A stretch of 59,933 bases of DNA, filler included, from Sphacelaria rigidula (GCA_964200075.2; 6 parts of 6 records of this genome joined end to end with filler, not necessarily neighbours in it), one strand, 5' to 3'; shown: positions 10,473 through 24,416, numbered from the whole stretch's first letter. Numbers and translations are program-made. Notes: generated from the letters alone by a model not told the origin.

Positions 10473-13400
10473 CATTTTTGTTCCAGTTGAAAAAAGTGAT
10501 TGCGGTGTGTACTTTCGCACGATCAGCTTCTGCCCCCCAGATGCGCGAACTGTTCTTTCTCGCCTCAGTGTGAGTTGGATTTACTCCAAGGCCCGCAACA
10601 ACACTTTCCCGCTTCCCTGGAGGCCCAATTGCAAAAAATCACCGTAACATTTTTTCTCCTCCTCCAACTTCGAAGACAACCAAGGGCAGCTCATGTAGGG
10701 TACACTCAATTGCGGGGTATTTCTAAAGTCGTACTTGAAGCACCAAGATTGGGGTAAGGGGTTAGGAGTCGTACCCAAAAAATAACTTGAAAGCGACCTC
10801 AGTGCACCCTTGACTGAGTGTGTCAAGTTGCCATATATCATTCCGTCGCGTTGAACGAAGGAAAACAATCAAAACACGCTGCCACGCCACGAAGTAGGGC
10901 GCATCCGGTGCTCAATGCAGTACAATACGTCCTCGCTGGAACTGCGCCAATCGAACAGCGGCGGAGCCGTGCACAACGAGGTTGGTCCGCAGGTCACAGC
11001 AATTTTTTTACATCCGGTGGATTCGGAAAACTGAAAAACTGGGTATGTGCCCAGGGGTTTCAAGCTTCACGACTGGCCCAGTCCCTTTAGTAGTAGTACT
11101 ACAAGTGCAACATACAACATACGTACTCAAAACAAGTACCTGGTATACGACGTATGACTTGCCCTCACATTTCTAGCGCTGCACTGCAGTTGTGGGAGTT
11201 GCTTACGGGACCAGAGTCCAGGCAGTGGAGGATGTGCTCCTCTACACATTCGACCAACCAAGACTGCTAGAGAGATGGCTCCACTACCGCCCGGCTCATT
11301 GCCTGACCTCCTCGAGGTTATTCCTGGAAACAAGAAAGAAAGATTGCTCTTGGAAAGTTTCTCCCACAATCTAGGAGTCCCCCCCCCCTCCCCCATCAAA
11401 CAAGACCCCCTTCTCTCACAGCAGCCCTCGACCTCGAAGCCGGCGATATTGTTCCGAGACGAACCTGGTGGTCGATCGGTAAACCCGTTGCTGGGGCGGC
11501 AGATGACACAGACCAACACTAGATCGAGCACTCGGGGTAAATACAGGGTACGAGCACGCTTCAGACGTGGAAAACAACCGGGTGTTGCCAAACAAATTAT
11601 ATGAGCAGAGGGTAGAGGACTACAGAATGTACACGGTGTGCTGTGGTTAGGGCTGATGCTTCACAATACTATTCCGAGATGAGGCCTGACACCAAAGGCC
11701 TTCACAGCATACATATACCCGTATACTCGTACAACTAAGAGTATAGACAGTACAAATGGCACCACAAAACATAAGCCGTCTTCCTGTATCAACACTGCAG
11801 GACGGATACATCTGACTGTGACACCCCCCTTCCCCTGTCTAATTATGCACAAACATACGGTGTTGGGTGGGATTCTCTAATGGAAGCCTCCCCAAAGTAC
11901 AGGGTCAAGTACTATGGGATTGTATCCGTCTTCATGTATGTACACTGCCACATGGATACAGCTGACTGTGGCACCCCCCTTTCTTTGTCTAATTTAGCAC
12001 AAACATACGGTGTTGCGTGGTATTCTCTGCGGGATTGCAGCTGAAGCGCACGAAAGCTCGAACGCACAAAGCACAGAAGACGACTGGGTTTTGTGATTAC
12101 CATTTAGTTCTGCATAGCGTGGCACGGTTGACTGACGCAACACAAGCACACCCTCACGGCATAAAATTGACACTGCTGCACCGACGAGCTAGTAACAATT
12201 CACGGCGACGTTCACCAAACTGTAATATGGAACTTGACATAAGTGAACGGCGACCGACACCCAATGTACGTCAGGCATGATCGCGACAAGGTCTGAGACC
12301 TGAAATTGGCACCGAGTACGAACCACCACAGAACAAAAGAGACTGGTCTGTGAGCTCCACAGGGATCCTGAATCTAGTGTCACACCCGCATCACTTTTTG
12401 TGTTTGATTGATGAACAAGTCATACAAGAGCGCAGACGAAATACCACCAATCATTGGAAAGTAATGTCCCCAGGTGCGCTACACGCTACAGGAGTCGAAT
12501 GCAGTCTGATATTCTTTCCATGATACACATGTGTGCAAGGGATACAGACGGCAATACCATCGATGTGTGCAGTGGCGAGATGGAAACTAGGTCGCAATTC
12601 GACATGGTGTGGAAAAACGCCCGCAAAAAAGTTATGCGGCAGGATTGCCAGTTATGATGTCGCCAGGAGATTTCACACAACTTTACGGGCTATTACTCGT
12701 ACCACCTTCTGCTGTCCAAGGAAGATACATTTAGCTCCGTACTGACCGTCCTGACTAATGATCCTGTAGTGTGTACGAGGAAGTATTCAGTATTTTGCGG
12801 TCGCTCCTGTTTACTACCAGACAATAACGCTCCTGTTCAATTTTAGTTCACCCGCTCTAGTTATTGATTGATTTACGTTGTGTCGTGATATTACTGTCCC
12901 CGCGGAGGAGTCTGGTAAGTGGTTGTGCACGGGCTCGCTGAAACGATTCCGCCCCGCATGCACTGTAGCTCCATCTCAACTTACACTTGACTGTACTCTA
13001 CTGCTGTTCTAGCCCATCGAACACATGAGGAGCAGTGCCCCGGTCCTCAAGCACCCGGACGCTGAATGCTATTTGCACATTATTGAAATTGTACCGATCC
13101 AACTGATGACCTACTCTCGCCGTTTATGGGTCAAGACTTATGAGCTAGTGTACAAGCAGACGGCCATTTCGTTGGTAACCTGACAGAAAGTGCAGGGCTT
13201 TTGTCTATTTACAAACAGCGCCGGCAATTAATACACTTCAGTGTGACAGACAGTAGCGCAGCCTTTGCCAAGTTCTTAGATTGCTTGCTGGGCTGCCGTC
13301 ATCTTCCGTGCTCAGCGCACACTCGGTATTACACCTTTGAGACTGCTGTACACAGGCAACGCAGTACAGCCCCAGTTGTCACTGCTGGAAACCTAGTGGA

Positions 13401-16329
13401 AGAGCCATAATACGACTCTGACCAAGGCCTATTTTCTGCGAGGACCGGCACCCGCCGACACAACGTACAGTCAGTACTCGAGGTTTCCCGAGGTTTCCCG
13501 TACGTTGGGAACCAACCGTGAGACCTACGCCTGCGTTGTATGCATACGCCACCGGGATTGCTATTCCAGATTCCCGTGATGTGCCAAATACTCAGATGTG
13601 GGTGTAAAAGATGCCCCCTACAGGAGATCAGCACGAGGCACCACGACGGGGAGATATTAACCATGCTGATGATCACCCAAGGCCCCGAATCAGGCTACTA
13701 TTGCTGTTGCGTCAGAGGATCCCGTCGCAACATTTGCTTTCTGTTCTCCCTGTGTGCACGTGTGTACCACCGAAAAAGAAAGAGCGAAAAGCAGTTGTTG
13801 ATGTTGTACTAATTATACTCTACGAGGGCCAAAGGCATAAATTTACAACAAGCTTCGGTCGCTTCCCGACAAAAATCGTCAGTAACCTCTGCCACGGCGC
13901 TGTGGTACAGACAGACAGTAACACTATTGCTCTCGTGTTATATGTCCACTGCGCACCCTTTGCGTACCACCGAAAAAAAAAGGTGGTACGTGGCCGCCCA
14001 GTTCAGTTGTTCTTCAGCGGACGTTCTGAACTAAAGTTTGGTACGATTATCCCAACATGACAGTGGCAGAGGGCTGCTGCAATCACGGTGCAACCGCCCG
14101 GTTCCGGACTATCGGTAAAGATACTAGTACTACTGAGGGCAAGGATACAGCCCGACGGACAATAAAAATAACAAACGGCACAAATCACGACAGATAACTA
14201 ATGGAGGAGGAATAGAGATGAGAAAACTCTTCCGAAAATTCGTCTCCAGAAATCAAAGATGACCTTGGACCGCCAGCCTGAGATTATTATATCGTTCCAG
14301 AGTGCTGTCGTAAATACAAACCTCGCTTGCAATATTTCCGTCATTTCAGTTGACTCACGTATTGATTATTTACACCCCCGATCATTGCCGCACTCTTTTC
14401 TCGCTTACTTATTCGCATCAAAAGAAAGGGCGAGCGAGAAACACTGCTGCCGAGGAGTGCATGTAATAAATTGTGATTGAATATATTGATATATTCGAGG
14501 TGAGGGATGTTGCTTTTGTTTGTGCGCGTTATTTTCATTTTTTGAATGACCCACGAAAATCAACGGCCGCGCCCGTTCGGTTTCGAAATTCTAGTTGCAG
14601 GTATTCTTCTCGAGCGGATTGTCTATTCATTCCAAAACTAAAAAATCCCTTATTCATGGACAAGATAGAAGTCAACAGTCAGGCGAAAGCAGAGAGCCAC
14701 TTTACGCGTAGGCTATCCATGAACACGAAATATGAAAGATATAGGGAATATCAATGTGGTCACTACCCCAAGGTGTCGATTTCAACAAGCGGGAGTTTCG
14801 AGTCATCCAGCCGGGAAGGATAGGGCGTTATACACGTTGACAGATTGCATGGCCCACACCCGCACAAGTAATTCGTATCGCCTGAGGGAGTCCCAAATTG
14901 GAAATATCTGGCGACCATCGTCTTGCCCGGTCTGTTCACGCGCCACTCAAGGGCCAGTGTTTTGCATGAACGCAACAAAGGAGGAGCGGAACTTCAATCC
15001 ACAAGCGTTTTTCGGCAGTCTGTTGCAAAAGCAAACATACACCTGTGGATCTATTTCTCCCCCGCGTTGGTTATCGCAACGGAAAAGACTCGGTGGCAGA
15101 AACAACAAACGCTATCTCGCGATCACCCCTCATTTGGTCATGCCACCCATGAACGCCTGCTGTACTGCACCAAAAAGTCAGCACATACGCTATTTTATTG
15201 ACACCCTGTCGCCTTTCTTGATTTCATCAGCTTTCGCGTACGAAGACCGGGACACAGTCAGTAGTGAGGGAATCTCTAGAATCACAGGAAAAATCTTATC
15301 GAGAGGATACGGGACGACAGCACATGAGAAGAGAAACTATAGAAGACCAAAGAGACGTGAACAGACATTTCTTGGCTTGGCCGACCCCCCGACCCGGTCG
15401 AAAGCAAATTGTAAATGATCACAACCATGGATCTTCGCGCAGAATGATAACTGGCAAGTGCACCGAGCAAGAAAGGCTATAATGCGGATGTGTACCAGCA
15501 ACAAATCGAATGCCCGAATCGCATAGGGAAAACAGGGAAGCACTGCAGGGTGGCTGGACTGTTGCAACCATCAACAAACATGGCCACTCATAGCTGGCAT
15601 ATTCGGGCTCTTGATGATTGGGGCCCTGTGGGCTGCTGTTCTTTACAACAGCACGTCCTTCTGTCTGGTTGACTGTACTACTGTGCCAGAGTCAGTTGTA
15701 GCGCGAAAGTAACGAAAGAGTTACACCTGTCTCAAAACTATCGTCAAGAATGCCAAACCCCTCCAACTGGGCTCCGACTGCCAAAACAGCAAAAATCAAG
15801 GACAGATGAGGAAGGGACCCACGACCCTCGCGAATTTCACGAAACCTCCTTGTGTTCGGAGGGGACAAACAATCCATGTGCATGCTATGCTACATGTTTG
15901 GCATTGAGTGTATCCCGTTTTCCCGCTTTTCATGTGTATGTGTGAGAGCAACAAAAACTGACGCAAAATAATCGACCTACTTGTAGACTCAAATGCATAC
16001 AGAGGCATTCCCCCCCGGCCGAAACATCGAAATCCGCCCAGTGACAGCATGTCTCGTCTCTTGGAAAACATGAGCATTTTCAGATTTGGAGATGAACATC
16101 GTTGGCACATCAACACAGATCGACACGAACAACCCATGCAAAAAACAGGAGGCCAAACACAAAAATTTTGTCGGTCGGCCTTTCGTTGAACAAAGAGCCA
16201 CACGGGCAGCACAGACAGGGGCAGTCATCTCTTCTATACACAGCGTATGATCAAACTTGAATCGTGCGTCTCGGGCATATGTGCCCACAATCTTTACAAG
16301 ACACATCATTCAGACAGGCGAAGACATAC

Positions 16330-16681
16330 CTTGGGGTAATCGCCACGAGCTTTGTACACTCCGCCAAGCCCTGCCAACGCGCGTGAACTGTAGGGATTAT
16401 GCGCTAATGCCCTTTCGTAGCATTCCATAGCTTGCTGATCCTTGTCCATAGAGCGACCTACACCGCCGAGCGTGCCCCAGGCTCTCTCGTTTGCATGCGA
16501 AAGTTGCTTCAAAGTTCCCTCCACATCCCCTGCTCCCGCTCCACCAGCTCCACTGGTGCTTCCTCCACCACCACCGCTACCGCCAACGCTGCCGCCACCG
16601 CCGCCGCCACCAACGCTGCCGCCGCCGCCGCCGGGTGTAACACTTGACGGTGCCAGTTGCTGTTGTTGGGTTACCTCCATG

Positions 16682-16727
<46 letters not shown>

Positions 16728-16752
16728 GCTGTTGTTGTTGTTGCTGTTGTTG

Positions 16753-16803
<51 letters not shown>

Positions 16804-17088
16804 TTGCTGTTGTTGTTGCTGCTGCTGCGGCTGATGCTGTTGTTGTACCGGATTGCCTTGGGGCTGCCTCTGCTGCTGTTGTTGCTGGGGTGCAGGAGCG
16901 CCGCTGCTGTTGGTATCATTATTGCCATTGTTGTTGTTGCTGCTGCTGCTGCTGTACTGCTGTTGTTGCTGCTCTGCGTTGCTTCCACCACCACCACCCG
17001 AGGAAGAGGTGGCCATGCTGTACGAGTTATGGTTGTTACTACTGGTGTTGATACTGCTGATGCCTGCGTTGGCATTGCGAGCCTCCAT
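16330..17088 (-). CDS. Ssn6/Cyc8 (TrfA)-like TPR transcriptional corepressor, first coding exon
   Basis: ATG 17088 to AAG|gtatgt donor (253 codons); S/N/G/Q-rich N-terminus with Q48 (16684-16827), then TPRs ANERAWGTLGGVGRSMDKDQQAMECYERALAHNPYSSRALAGLGGVYKARGDYPK resembling Ssn6 TPR1-2; later exons not found in this contig. Confidence 0.8.
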
Positions 17089-19205
17089 CGTGTAAGTAAA
17101 GTTGTTATCTGTGCGCGTTTGATTTGTCTCTTTACTCCATATGTGTTCAATTATATTTTCAAGGTTGCGTATTCAGGTGGGGCCCCAGCCGTTTCTGGCA
17201 GGCTTCTTTCGGAGTTTGAGAAAATGCAGTATACCACAACAGTAGTTGATCTCTTATTAAAAAAAAAAAAGTTGTGGATTTCTTGGCACTCCTTTCTTTT
17301 GCACATTTTTTCAAAACCGCGTTGTTCTGCACTACCGTACAACAATACCAAACATCCGTATCGTATCGAATATCGATACTCGATACGTATCGTGTCATTT
17401 TTACAATATCGACGTAGAAAATATATTACCTAATTCATTATTCAATTGATTGGTTGGGAATGGATGATTAGACGGTTTGTTGAATTTTATTTTTTGGGCG
17501 AGGGAGAGACAGTACCATTGTCTGCCCCTTGTCCAGAAACAAAAAACCACCCGAAAATACCGTATTTCCAGAAATATATCATTCGGTTTGGACATTCATG
17601 GCTGACAAATTGTCGTCTACAATTTGTAGTTTTTTATTTACCGTCGGTTTTTTGGTATTATCACACGTTTGTGTGAAGCTTTCAGCTTTCATGGCTCCGG
17701 TGGGATTTTCGGAACAAATATTCCAAATAATAAATAAATGTCTCTTACTCGTAGGTATACACACACTACAAGAGTACAGTCACAGAATGCACTGTAGTTA
17801 CAGCCAGTAGTACGCATCTTGGGGTACATCCCCCGGTCATGTAGTTCAATGGTTGGCACAGCAGGTAGATAATGACACGTGCTTATGATACAATTGCACG
17901 ACGCGACATGTAGTGAAGAGTGCAAGGCAGGTATAACGCATATAACGCAAATATATATGCATACGACCAAATACCCTATTCTTTTGTTTGTTGCTCCACA
18001 TTGTTATCGAACTGTTTATTCAAGCAGCGATCTCAGAAATTGTCAGAGTTTTCGGACTCTGCGTTGACAATTCTCCGGGGGTGAAGCGGATTTATTTTTC
18101 TCCGAAGCTTCATTTTTGGAGAAGGCTGAAAAATTGGGACCGACTGGAAACCAGCACTTCGGAGAGCTGCCCTGTGAATACCCCATGGCGCTCAAAAGCA
18201 TTAGAGAATAATAATTATCAGGTACCTTGCGAGTCACGACAATTTCGGAGACTTCCGAAAGTACAGTGTCGATAATAAAGGGCTCCAGACAAGTTGAGAC
18301 GCGAAGAAAAACGCGAAATGCAAGAGAAAAGAGACCGACTCTAGAGCTGTACCCAGCTGCGACCTCGTCGCAGTGGTTATACCCTATATTATACTTCGAA
18401 CGAGTGTGGTATTGCTGTAATGTTAACCCGTGACGAATGTTCTCGATTATATTGTTGCCCCGCCCTTTTAGCTGGGTTGGTCAGCACTTTTCCCCGAAGT
18501 AAACGAAGGAGGAATAAGGAAGGAGCCCCCCCCCGCGCCCGCTCGAAACACTAATATTATTGTGATCGAGGATGATACTGAAAAATGATATCATATATTT
18601 TCTTTGTTTTGTCCAAAAAATAAAATACAACCATCCATCCCGAAACAATCTTTTGGAATCTAAACCCCAACCAACCATCCTCAAGCAATCTTTTATTTAT
18701 TCATTCATTTATTGCACACTGAAGAAAAAAATATGTACAACAAACAAGCGAAAAGCACTTCGTCTTCTTTTCTCGTAATGATTGTTCCACGATTGCACTC
18801 AAGTAAACGGAGAAAAATTACGAAGACCCTCCCCCCACGCGCGCCCAAGCAGAACACAACGGCGGAGGATTCTCAAAAATGGAGTTGCTGCAAACCGGCG
18901 GGGGTCGGCAATAAGCACAGATTTCCGCGCACGAATTTTTCTTCAGCGGCCAATCTCGAAACCTTGGAGCCAAGCGAATCTGAAAAGCAGACTAGGCTCG
19001 TCCCTGGAGTGATGCAAAATGTCCGAGATGTGTGTTGGCGGTCTTCCCTTTTGGTGGGGGGTCAAAAGGTGGGTCAAACGTCCCAAAAGTGTGAACAATC
19101 CGTGGGCCAAAAATCTGTTTGCCGTAACATCCGGCCTAAACATCAGAATGAGATTCAACCTCTCAACAGTATATCATAACAGTGCTTTCCCTGACATATA
19201 ACGTG

Positions 19206-19460
19206 ACGACAAATGACTTTCATATGGACGACCTCATCCCACCCGATCTCCCTGAAACTTTCTTGCATTATTTCAACGCGGGGTTGGTACGCAAGCACAT
19301 TTTTGCCTCGGTTTGGGGGTCAAGAAAGGGGACGCTTTTCGGCCCGAACATGGTCCTTTCGCGCAACATATCCTCTGGGGGAGCGAAAGATGGAAACCCC
19401 CCAAATCAGTTTCGGGGAGGCCGGGGGGGAAAAGGTCGTCCATGTGAAAGTCATTTGTCA
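19206..19460. mobile_element. MITE with about 50-bp imperfect TIRs
   Basis: gacaaatgactttcatatggacgacc...ggtcgtccatgtgaaagtcatttgtc. Confidence 0.7.
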
Positions 19461-20013
19461 TGACTGCTTAACCGTTAGACCGCGAGATTAGTCTTGCTGG
19501 ATCATGCATACGTTGTTTCACTTGAAATTGATGCTGATTCAGCAGAAGACTAACCTCGCGGTCTAAGGGTTAAGGGAAAAACTGTTTCGGAGTTGAAACT
19601 CATTTTTATGTTCAACCCCGTTTTTCAGAATATAATCTCTAAGAAACTCTTGTCATAGATGTTGTTCCGTTTCGATCCTACGGAGTGGTATTTTGGCAGG
19701 TTGTGCGTCGCGAGGCCAGTCGCACCTCCTACGTGACGAGTCATCCTACGATAGGGGGGGGGTACTTGGTTGCACGAAAAAAGACGCTCATAAGTGTGTC
19801 AGATATCCTTCCACACTTGTGTTGCGCTTGTATTTGGTTCCAAACGGTGTCGGGCAGTATGGATGAGCGTTATTGATCCCACAACAAGCTTGTTCGAACA
19901 ACCCTTGCTGCTTNNNNNNNNNNNNNNNNNNNNNNNNNNNNNNNNNNNNNNNNNNNNTTAATTAATTAANNNNNNNNNNNNNNNNNNNNNNNNNNNNNNN
20001 NNNNNNNNNNNNN

Positions 20014-20400
20014 AAGGGATGCGTGGTCAATGGTCAAATGACTAAGGCAAGCAACAAATGAGTACGCCCCCCTTCACCCGGTGCTTCGTCTCGCAAGGGA
20101 TGCGTGGTCAATGGTCAAATGACTAAGGCAAGCAACAAATGAGTACGCCCCCCTTCACCCGGTGCTTCGTCTCGCAAGGGATGCGTGGTCAATGGTCACA
20201 CGACTAAGGTAAACAACAAATGAGTACGCCCCCCACCCCTCCCGCGCCCCGGCAAAAGAGGGAGAGGAAGAAAAAACAAGCAAACGATCTAATGTGAGGG
20301 GAAAACGTAATGAGCACCAAAATATTGGAGGTGTCTCGGAGTGAAAACGGCGCTCCGTCTCGAAAGGGATGCGTGGTCAATGGTCACACGACTAAGGAAG
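20014..20400 (+). repeat. Tandem about 81-bp copies of a high-copy LINE-type 3' end (also 28785-28925, 29470-29548, 29852-29918, 41033-41082 minus, 53979-54050)
   Basis: GGTGCTCCGTCTCGAAAGGGATGCGTGGTCAATGGTCAAACGACTAAGGCAAGCAACAAATGAG, reading RNGAPSRKGCVVNGQTTKASNK*. Confidence 0.7.
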
Positions 20401-21046
20401 ACTTTCAGAGTACATCGAAGGTACAACACACGGGAACACGCGCTGAAAAAAACTCGAGAGAGGGGGAAAACTAAACACAAGCATAGAAACAGTCAAGAGA
20501 GGGAGAGGGGAATGAACAAGGCAAGACGAGACAAGACAAGACAAGAAAAGGAACACAAAGAAAAAAGAAGAGAAAAAGAAAAAAGCCAAAGAGAAAAAGA
20601 GAAAGAGAAAAAGGAAGAGGGAAAGAAAAAGAAAAAGAAAAAAGAGAGAAAAAGAAAAAAGGGCAAGGAAAGAAAGAGCAGGAAACAAAAAGAATCTAGG
20701 CTTACGATCTAGGATCGGAATGTAAGGTTACCAAACGCTGTAGGAGCACACGCACAACGTTAACGCCTGCCTCGAGAGGTGTAATATTGCAAGGAATTGC
20801 AACTTGCGAATCCAGCATCCCATCACTCAAAACTTTCCATTTTTTCTTCATTCTTGCGAAGACCCATTCCCCCCCTCCCTCCCCCCCCCCCCGGAGGTGA
20901 ACGGCCTTATGGTTACGGCATGCAAGATCATGAGTACACCCCTCCCCGCCATTCTGTCGATCCTAATATTTCAGCACATTTATCTCTCTGTACAGAACCA
21001 CAAACGATCACATCCCCACAACTCACAGCTAATCACACATACCCAC

Positions 21047-21132
21047 CGGATGATCAGGGTCCGCTCCCTCCAAAAAAACAAACTTGACGACAAACTCTTC
21101 CCAAGGAGCCCACCAAATGGCACGGAACGTGG
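21047..21132 (-). CDS. RPEL-repeat protein, exon 6 (probable PH domain beta1-beta2)
   Basis: acag|PRSVPFGGLLGKSLSSSLFFWRERTLII(R)|gtgggt (alternative donor after 21043); G-x-L-x-K...W-x-x-R-x-hydrophobic pattern of PH domains. Confidence 0.58.
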
Positions 21133-21264
21133 CTGTCCGCAGAGACGAGTCTCAGGCGCAGCTTGACATGTACGTATCAACTAGATATCTTCCTTTCCTC
21201 CCTTTCTCACCCGCCCGGCCGCCGCCCTTCGGCGGTGCTGCACTGTGCTGCGCTATTACCTCAC

Positions 21265-21307
21265 CTTGGGGATCTCCCGCGTGTTGGTAACGGATCCAGC
21301 AATATCC
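21265..21307 (-). CDS. RPEL-repeat protein, exon 5
   Basis: ttgcag|(R)DIAGSVTNTREIPK|gtgagg; 43 nt, phase 2/0. Confidence 0.65.
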
Positions 21308-23329
21308 CTGCAATGAAATAATACCGGAAACCCCGAGTGAGTTAAAATCGGACAGGGTTTACACACATACGCGCGCGCGCGCAGAAATTTCCTCCTTCTG
21401 TCAAACATCGTTGAGGTCGACTTCGAGGGGTCGAAAGGTGTTCCGAAAATTGAGCGATTGACTCGTCATTGAGACCCTTAACTCGCTTGGGGCGAGTGCA
21501 CGTTTCGCGGAGAAATTTATGATACGACCGATGAGAGCTCTCCACGAGAAGAACCAGGCGCAACTTTTCATTTATTACTTTTGTAAATATATAAATATAT
21601 ATATCGAGAGGAGAAGAAAGATCTCCAATTTCCGCATACTTTCGTATTTGAATAAAATACACGAGATGGGCCGGAGTCATTTTCTTTCCTTATTCTTCTC
21701 CGCAAAACGAATTTTTTCAATCGAGACAAAAAAAAAATCCCGACATCAGAACATTTCCATTCTTGAGACCAAAAATCCTACCGAGTGAAGATCGAAATTA
21801 TCCTCAACCATCATAATGAAAAAATAATGAAACAAATGAAGAAGAAGAAGAAGAGGAAGAAGAAGAAGACTCATGCTTTACAAGACAAGATAATACAAGT
21901 TTTGCCATCAATACCTCACGCGGCGAAAATCAATTGGTGTGTCAGGAAAGGATACCGCAGCCTCAGCCTCGCCGAATTTTCAGGATACTCACAGTACCGA
22001 ATACCCCGGGGGACTACGTACTGTACCTGGGGTATCGACTGCCGGGAAGAAACACTGACAATTTCAGAGTTCCTGGAGCGTGGGCACCCCGAAATAGCCG
22101 TACCCGTACACTAGGTGGACTAATATGAGTGATGCTGCGATACCCCCCCCTCCCTCCTCCCCCTTCCACCCCCCGCCCCTGGACCAATCCCAAAACTGTC
22201 ATGAAGATGACCATACAGCGCATGAAAGCTGGTTTCACACTGAATGAAGCGCCTCATATGGGCAACATTGGCGAAAGCGATCTCAAGCGCCTGAGTTCTC
22301 AGCTGCTCGTTGTGCTTTGCTTCCGTTATTCTAATTCACATGTAGATATTGCCTCCTCAAATCAGCCACTTTCTGGGGGGGGGGCTATCACGGTATCACA
22401 CGAAGTAGCACGGGACCTAAAACAGAGTGTGTTTGCTGCGAGTGCACTGGTCTTGTGATAATCATGCTTCATGTTGCAGCTGCCTTCATATTAAAAACCA
22501 GTCCGATCTCTGCGCAGTATTTTTCAACATCCATGCCAGGCATCTGATGCGGACGCCTTCCGTGGTCACAGGCTAATTGACTACCCAATAATGATGGTGA
22601 AATTACAACTCGCTTGGGGTACTCCCGATACAGGAACGGGAATAGATGCAACGGGTTTGGCTACGGTGAATATATTAATTATTAATAATCAATCAATCGA
22701 TTTAATTAATTTTTTGTTTTGGGGTTGTTGGATGGAATTGGTTGGGGTTAGATGACATTTTTTTGGATTGGATTACTATATAGGGTGAAAGGGAATTGAA
22801 AATAAATATTGTACATCATCCGTAGGGCCCAGAAAATCAATACAGACGCCATACAAATAAAGATGAGAAGTAGAAATACCACCAAGGGGATCCGATGCCG
22901 CACGCCACCATTCGGACCAAAGGAGACAGCCTATCGCTCCCACTCGACAAGCGAAGCCCAGCAACCGAAAAGAAGAAATCAAGAACCGGATATATAGAAA
23001 ATAAATAAATATAATTAAAGGTTGATTAAGTATGGATGGATGGATGGATGGTTGGATTGTATGGATGGTTGGATTGTATGGATGGTTGGATTGTATGGAT
23101 GGTTGGATTATATTTTTGGACAGAGGGAAAGACAATACCAAAAACGAAGACAATAAAGGTCGCGTGGTTTTATCTTTGTACTCCTCTACCGGGCCGTGGT
23201 GAATTACCCGCCGGGTTTACGCCGGCCATGTCGTTTATGGTAGAGAAAAATATCTGAATAATGGAGTATGATCTACATTAAGTATGTGTCTAGGGTGGGC
23301 ACAACCATTTTTATTACTTAATTTGTCAT

Positions 23330-23743
23330 ATGTATATATTTATTTGTCGCACTTTAAACCCCTTCCCTTCGTCGGGACGAGTTCGTGGTCTCAAGGGATC
23401 AATTATCCCATCTCTCCCTGGTACACCGCACGGATTGGATCATAACCAGCACTCCCGTACCGCGTCAACTCACGTCAAACAAACTCAGTCGTTTAATTTT
23501 TTTACTCACGCTCTCACGCTTCCCACGGTGGAAATCACATACTTGATTGGTTGATTGATTATCGCACTTCAACTGACCCCCTAGGGGTCCAGCCGTGGTC
23601 GCATGATAATGGACGTACCCAAGAAAAGCAAGACTGAAACACTTGTTGAAGAAAAAAAGGAACGGAAAAATGTCGAAGAGATTGGCCGAGTAGACCAAGG
23701 CGCAAAAATAATAATAACAGTAATAATAACAGTAATAATAACA

Positions 23744-23778
<35 letters not shown>

Positions 23779-23942
23779 GTCAGCAAAAGCAAAGCTCAGA
23801 GAAAAATGGCCGACCTGAAACAAAAAAAAGGAAAAGAGGAAAAAAGTTACTACGAAGAAAAACTCAACACAACGGGGATCGAACCCTCGTTCTCTCGACC
23901 CGAATGGCGGCAGTCGTACCATTTCACCACCGGAGCGCGGCA
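23330..23942 (-). mobile_element. Second tRNA-headed SINE-like repeat with inserted LINE-type tail (related 57500-57970, 58695-58762, 54080-54140; head also at 26382-26460)
   Basis: Minus-strand head TGGTGAAATGG...GGTTCGATCCC; shared TTGAACCCCTTCC...GGTCTCAAGGGATTAACCCATCTCTCC body. Confidence 0.55.
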
Positions 23943-24416
23943 AACCCCTGAATAAATGCCACACCCTGCACAATGCATTATACCTGTCAAAAAGTGTGCT
24001 GCGTGCAGTATCGATTATTGCGTCTTTTGAAATAGACAATATATTCCATACTGTGTGTAGTATACTTTTTGACAATCTGGTCTATCGTCCAGTGTGTAAT
24101 AAACGCACCTATAACAGCCCACTTTTTGGACAGCACAGTTACCATAGGTGCATGTACAGATGTGTCGGCAAAGCGGCTCGATTTCAACATTCGGAATCTT
24201 GGGAAACCGTTTTGAAAGATTTCGCGATAAAAAAAAGTGTATTTTCGATTGGATGATTCCAAGACACATGGTATGCCCACCCCAACAGTACCGGGATACC
24301 TTGTTGGCATATCACCTTTCCCCTCAAATATAACCTCCGATTGGTGAACGTATGGGACCTCGCAAAAACTCATCGCATAGGGGGTGGTAAACCCCGTACC
24401 TTACGGTATACAGTAC

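Noticed and set aside
11206..11324. Second exon of the Ssn6-like gene
   Set aside because: Splice-like ends, but the phase-0 frame stops at once and no TPR pattern appears
16432..17433. Poly-Cys, poly-Leu and poly-Val plus-strand ORFs and the poly-Asn/Ser ORF
   Set aside because: Shadow frames of the CAA/CAG tract of the TPR gene
20014..20230. CRISPR-like array (also considered 42160-42490 and 48480-49125)
   Set aside because: Whole units repeat with no unique spacers, no cas genes, eukaryotic context
21058..21175. Plus-strand exon (VRSLQKNKLDDKLF... or AHQMARNV...)
   Set aside because: The minus-strand reading is phase-compatible with the RPEL gene and PH-like; the plus readings have no partner exons
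22840..22932. Extra or terminal RPEL-gene exon (RLSPLVRM...)
   Set aside because: Weak acceptor and donor; as an internal exon it breaks phase with 21265-21307; cannot be excluded as an alternative end
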